From Octopus bimaculoides (Eukaryota), in the NCBI RefSeq assembly GCF_001194135.2, contig NC_068982.1, positions 90,949,830-91,013,829 on the forward strand: a DNA stretch of 64,000 bases, written 5' to 3'. A program made the position numbers and the translations under genes. The notes under the pieces were generated by a model, which was not told the DNA's origin, did not search any database, and worked only from the letters and a program-made list of their open reading frames with translations. Shown piece after piece: positions 60,127-64,000 of this stretch (position 1 is its first letter; each line of letters starts with the position of its first letter).

Positions 60127-61944
60127 CTGAAGATGGTCAGAAAATGGATTGATTGCAAGAAAATCATTAATTATCGGTGAGATCACTTAATAATTTTTAA
60201 TCGGATCGCTAATTGTTTACAAATACATTTCGTAAGAGTAGCCCAGCTTAAGAAACCCATCATTAAACTTATATAATAAGCATTTACAAGGGTAATCTGT
60301 ACTTCTACCGATATATAATTTTAGTGCTATACGAGTTCAGCCTCGGATTGAGCGTTGAGTGCCTTTGAGGGACAGGATTGTTTCCGTTGCTGATAAGATA
60401 TACCCCAGGGTTATATCAGTTGCTGCTGACTCGAGCAATGGGAAATCCATCAGCTCCGTCAGCAACATTCCTAACCACAGTGTCAGCTTTTTTTTTTTAT
60501 TTAATAAAAAACATTATTGTCTATCGATCAGACTGCCAATAAACCAAGGCATAAACGAGTGCGCAGTTTGATTCACCACCAGACTGCGACATGGTGTGTN
60601 NNNNNNNNNNNNNNNNNNNNNNNNNNNNNNNNNNNNNNNNNNNNNNNNNNNNNNNNNNNNNNNNNNNNNNNNNNNNNNNNNNNNNNNNNNNNNNNNNNNN
60701 NNNNNNNNNNNNNNNNNNNNNNNNNNNNNNNNNNNNNNNNNNNNNNNNNNNNNNNNNNNNNNNNNNNNNNNNNNNNNNNNNNNNNNNNNNNNNNNNNNNN
60801 NNNNNNNNNNNNNNNNNNNNNNNNNNNNNNNNNNNNNNNNNNNNNNNNNNNNNNNNNNNNNNNNNNNNNNNNNNNNNNNNNNNNNNNNNNNNNNNNNNNN
60901 NNNNNNNNNNNNNNNNNNNNNNNNNNNNNNNNNNNNNNNNNNNNNNNNNNNNNNNNNNNNNNNNNNNNNNNNNNNNNNNNNNNNNNNNNNNNNNNNNNNN
61001 NNNNNNNNNNNNNNNNNNNNNNNNNNNNNNNNNNNNNNNNNNNNNNNNNNNNNNNNNNNNNNNNNNNNNNNNNNNNNNNNNNNNNNNNNNNNNNNNNNNN
61101 NNNNNNNNNNNNNNNNNNNNNNNNNNNNNNNNNNNNNNNNNNNNNNNNNNNNNNNNNNNNNNNNNNNNNNNNNNNNNNNNNNNNNNNNNNNNNNNNNNNN
61201 NNNNNNNNNNNNNNNNNNNNNNNNNNNNNNNNNNNNNNNNNNNNNNNNNNNNNNNNNNNNNNNNNNNNNNNNNNNNNNNNNNNNNNNNNNNNNNNNNNNN
61301 NNNNNNNNNNNNNNNNNNNNNNNNNNNNNNNNNNNNNNNNNNNNNNNNNNNNNNNNNNNNNNNNNNNNNNNNNNNNNNNNNNNNNNNNNNNNNNNNNNNN
61401 NNNNNNNNNNNNNNNNNNNNNNNNNNNNNNNNNNNNNNTAGCTTAAAAGCTATATACTAGCTTAAAAGACGCTCTATCGGACGGCTTTTAAACTAGTATA
61501 TAATATAAATGAAAATTTAAAAAAAAAGGTGTTGTCTTAGTCGTTTCCCGTATTCCTTTGACAACACCCTAGATTTTTTTTTTTTTTTAATCGAAGTGAC
61601 GACATGACTTTGTCTCTCTTGCTCACATCCAAGTGGACGGCAAGAACAAGTGAACTTATTGAACTACGCCGTTCAGTAATTGTGGCAAATGCAGACCATT
61701 ATCCATTTCCTTATATACCAGATTTTAGCTTGCACCATTGAGAGTTTAGAGCTTTAACCATGAATACCGTGAAGAGCTGGGGGTCGAAACGATACCTCTC
61801 GGATGGCAAACTCTTGCTCTGAAAACAAGGGCAATAGAAAATTTCTAGAATCTCTAGAATTTCATCATCGTGATAAAATACAGAAACGTGTTGTATTAGA
61901 GAGTGAAGAAAGTAATGTATATTGCTGCTGTTATTGCAGTTGTC

Positions 61945-62330
61945 ACTGTTTAACCATCCCTAGGTAGATTCTGATCGAAGGCATTCCAGCCATTACAATC
62001 TTGTATTTTTATATAACAAGAATTTCACTATTCAACGTGCTGTGCCTTTCTCTTAAGACGATAGAATGGTGTTTTGCATAATAAGATACTATTTCTAGTA
62101 GATTGAGCGATCACGTAGCGGTTCCCTCAACGCTGAGCGTGTGTTTGTAGTTGATGTTATTTTAGACCCAGGCTAGCCGTAATTAAGCAGACTTATGCTG
62201 AAAGATGCCCTGGTTGTAACCATATCACATTTTCAGATTACACTTTTCCAATATACTCTTCTTTTCCTTAAGATAGCAAAGTGTAATCTGAGGGGCATTT
62301 AGTTGCTGTTTCTTTCTAGCAGTTCGAGAT
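61945..62330 (-). mobile_element. Two tandem copies of repeat family E
   Basis: TTTAACC...CTGATCGAAGGCATTCCAGCC...TTTCTAG.AG...GAGCGA.CACGTAG.GG twice in succession. Confidence 0.65.
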
Positions 62331-62331
62331 G

Positions 62332-62403
<72 letters not shown>

Positions 62404-62409
62404 GTGTGT

Positions 62410-63125
62410 GTACTTTCCAAGATATATCTCAGATATTCAGGAATACGTTATCAGATATGTTTCTGGAGTCTGTAGGGTTTTCGGAACATTCAGCATCGTA
62501 CTCTCTCGCGCCCAATTGACCCAGCTGGAGTTGATCAAGTCCCAGCTTGCATCCCAATAACAGCGAACTGCGGATCCTCTCCTTAGTGGCCTTCTCTGCA
62601 GCATCGATGATTTGCTGCACTAGTCAGAGCTTTGCATAGTGATCGCGTGCAAAACCATGGCAGCCTATATTAGTTGGCTCGCAATGTACCTACCAGTTTT
62701 AGTTTCTGCACAGCTCTACCAGCTCCTAGTGTTTAGTCACCTCCATGTGTACTTCCCAGGACACGTGATGGAAAACTACTTATGTTTGGGAGAAGACTCG
62801 TCGGTATGATGTACCTTGGTAACTAACAATATTTGACGAGATCTACTCTCAGCTGCTAGTCCGAAGCTGTGGAAAATAGGCTGTCGCTGAGGATTCAATG
62901 AAGTGGGATTCTCTTCCACTCTACAGAAAGTGATGGCTTCCTTCCAGGTGGGGTACTTGATGAACTTAAAAGCTGTTGTTATCTCTGCCACAAATATCTT
63001 GAGCACTTTGCCATGTTGCCAGTGTTAATAGCCATTAGCTAAGGCCAAGAGGCAGCTGCTAAGGACATGCTAAAGGGACACTATTTCGGTACACAAAAAC
63101 AGAAGGGGGCTTCAATGTTATCCCA
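62410..63125 (-). mobile_element. HERO-like RLE non-LTR element 3' relic
   Basis: LCTEIVSL*HVLSSCLLALANGY*HWQHGKVLK (cf. LEHILSSCPKAL..GRYRWRHDQVL), WEVHME...ELVELCR...CEPTNIGCHGFA, DAAEKAT; 3' UTR AAGCTGGGACTTGATCAACTCCAGCTGGGTCA; ends at a (CA)n tract. Confidence 0.8.
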
Positions 63126-63927
63126 TGCGTTAAGATTTGCTAGACTTCATAGAGTGTCGTAGATAGCCAAGAAAATAAGCAATAAGTCCCAACTTTGGCA
63201 AGATCTCTTATATTGAGAGAAGAATTACATTCAAGTAACTTGATCTCCGCACATTTTAACTGGTTTCAATAATTATTTTTTAGACTCTTAAGGCAGCAAG
63301 CTGGTAGAATCGCAAGCGCGTCAAAAAATGCTAAGCCACATTTTTTCAGCTCATTAATCTGTAACCGATTAACACCCACCCACTAACATTGCTGACCTTG
63401 AGTTAAAATTTGAAACGATTATTTTATAGTCTCTCGGAGCCTGGTAAATCAACAATGAATGCAGAATTCAGAGAGTAAAATCTACATACTGTCATTTCAT
63501 TTCATATGCCTCTTCTGTTTGTCTCTTCTATGTTTATCCCTTCACTACTTTCGACAGTATGATCACAGGACACTGGTTGGAATCAATTAAAGATTAAAAG
63601 ACAAAAATACACTCAAAGCAAAGATATAATGTGTGCAACCGGTTATAAATAATACAAAATACCTTTCAAATCAAACAAGCTAAGCTTGACTTAACATGGT
63701 ATTTTAACTGTTTATTTAAAAGAAAACTGTATTGTCAAAATGGTAACTGAAACAATTGATAAAATATAGACCGATAAAATAAATAGCAGACCGAAATAAG
63801 TATTGAAGTGGATATAAGCGGTGACCCAATACGAATACTTCCCGCTAAAACCACTCGAAAAGTTAAAGAATTCAAAATATCATCTGAAAAAAGATACATT
63901 GGCCATTATGGTCCTTGAAATACATGT

Positions 63928-63931
63928 GGAC

Positions 63932-64000
<69 letters not shown>
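63928..64000. repeat. (GT)n microsatellite
   Basis: Directly visible. Confidence 0.95.

Overview
AT-rich, microsatellite-dense eukaryotic DNA with many N gaps. I found no confidently identifiable host gene, rRNA, tRNA or CRISPR array, so the window is probably intergenic or intronic. From recall, not a database search, the repeat landscape looks like an octopus (coleoid cephalopod) genome. Retroelements: at least four interspersed SINE-like families; non-LTR relics of Tx1/L1, R4/Dong-like, HERO-like, RTE and CR1/L2 type; several Penelope-like elements (PLEs); and a Ty3/Gypsy gag relic. DNA transposons: Tc1/mariner, hAT and piggyBac-like elements and MITEs. Most notable: (1) minimal PLE-type hammerhead ribozyme motifs at 31366-31411 (intact core) and 22988-23021 (G12 mutated); (2) a stack of (TAA)n-bounded R4/Dong-like insertions at 15.4-17.9 kb that includes an unexplained 557-bp non-coding element; (3) a ~170-bp inverted copy of neighbouring DNA inserted into a PLE reverse transcriptase, one of several short local templated copies; (4) an old 15-bp-period repeat that reads as a V-N-S-x-x pentapeptide; (5) SINEs re-inserted head-to-tail at the same target. 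Most supplied ORFs are microsatellite or N-gap artefacts. All family names come from motifs recognised by eye, and boundaries without a TSD or TIR are approximate.
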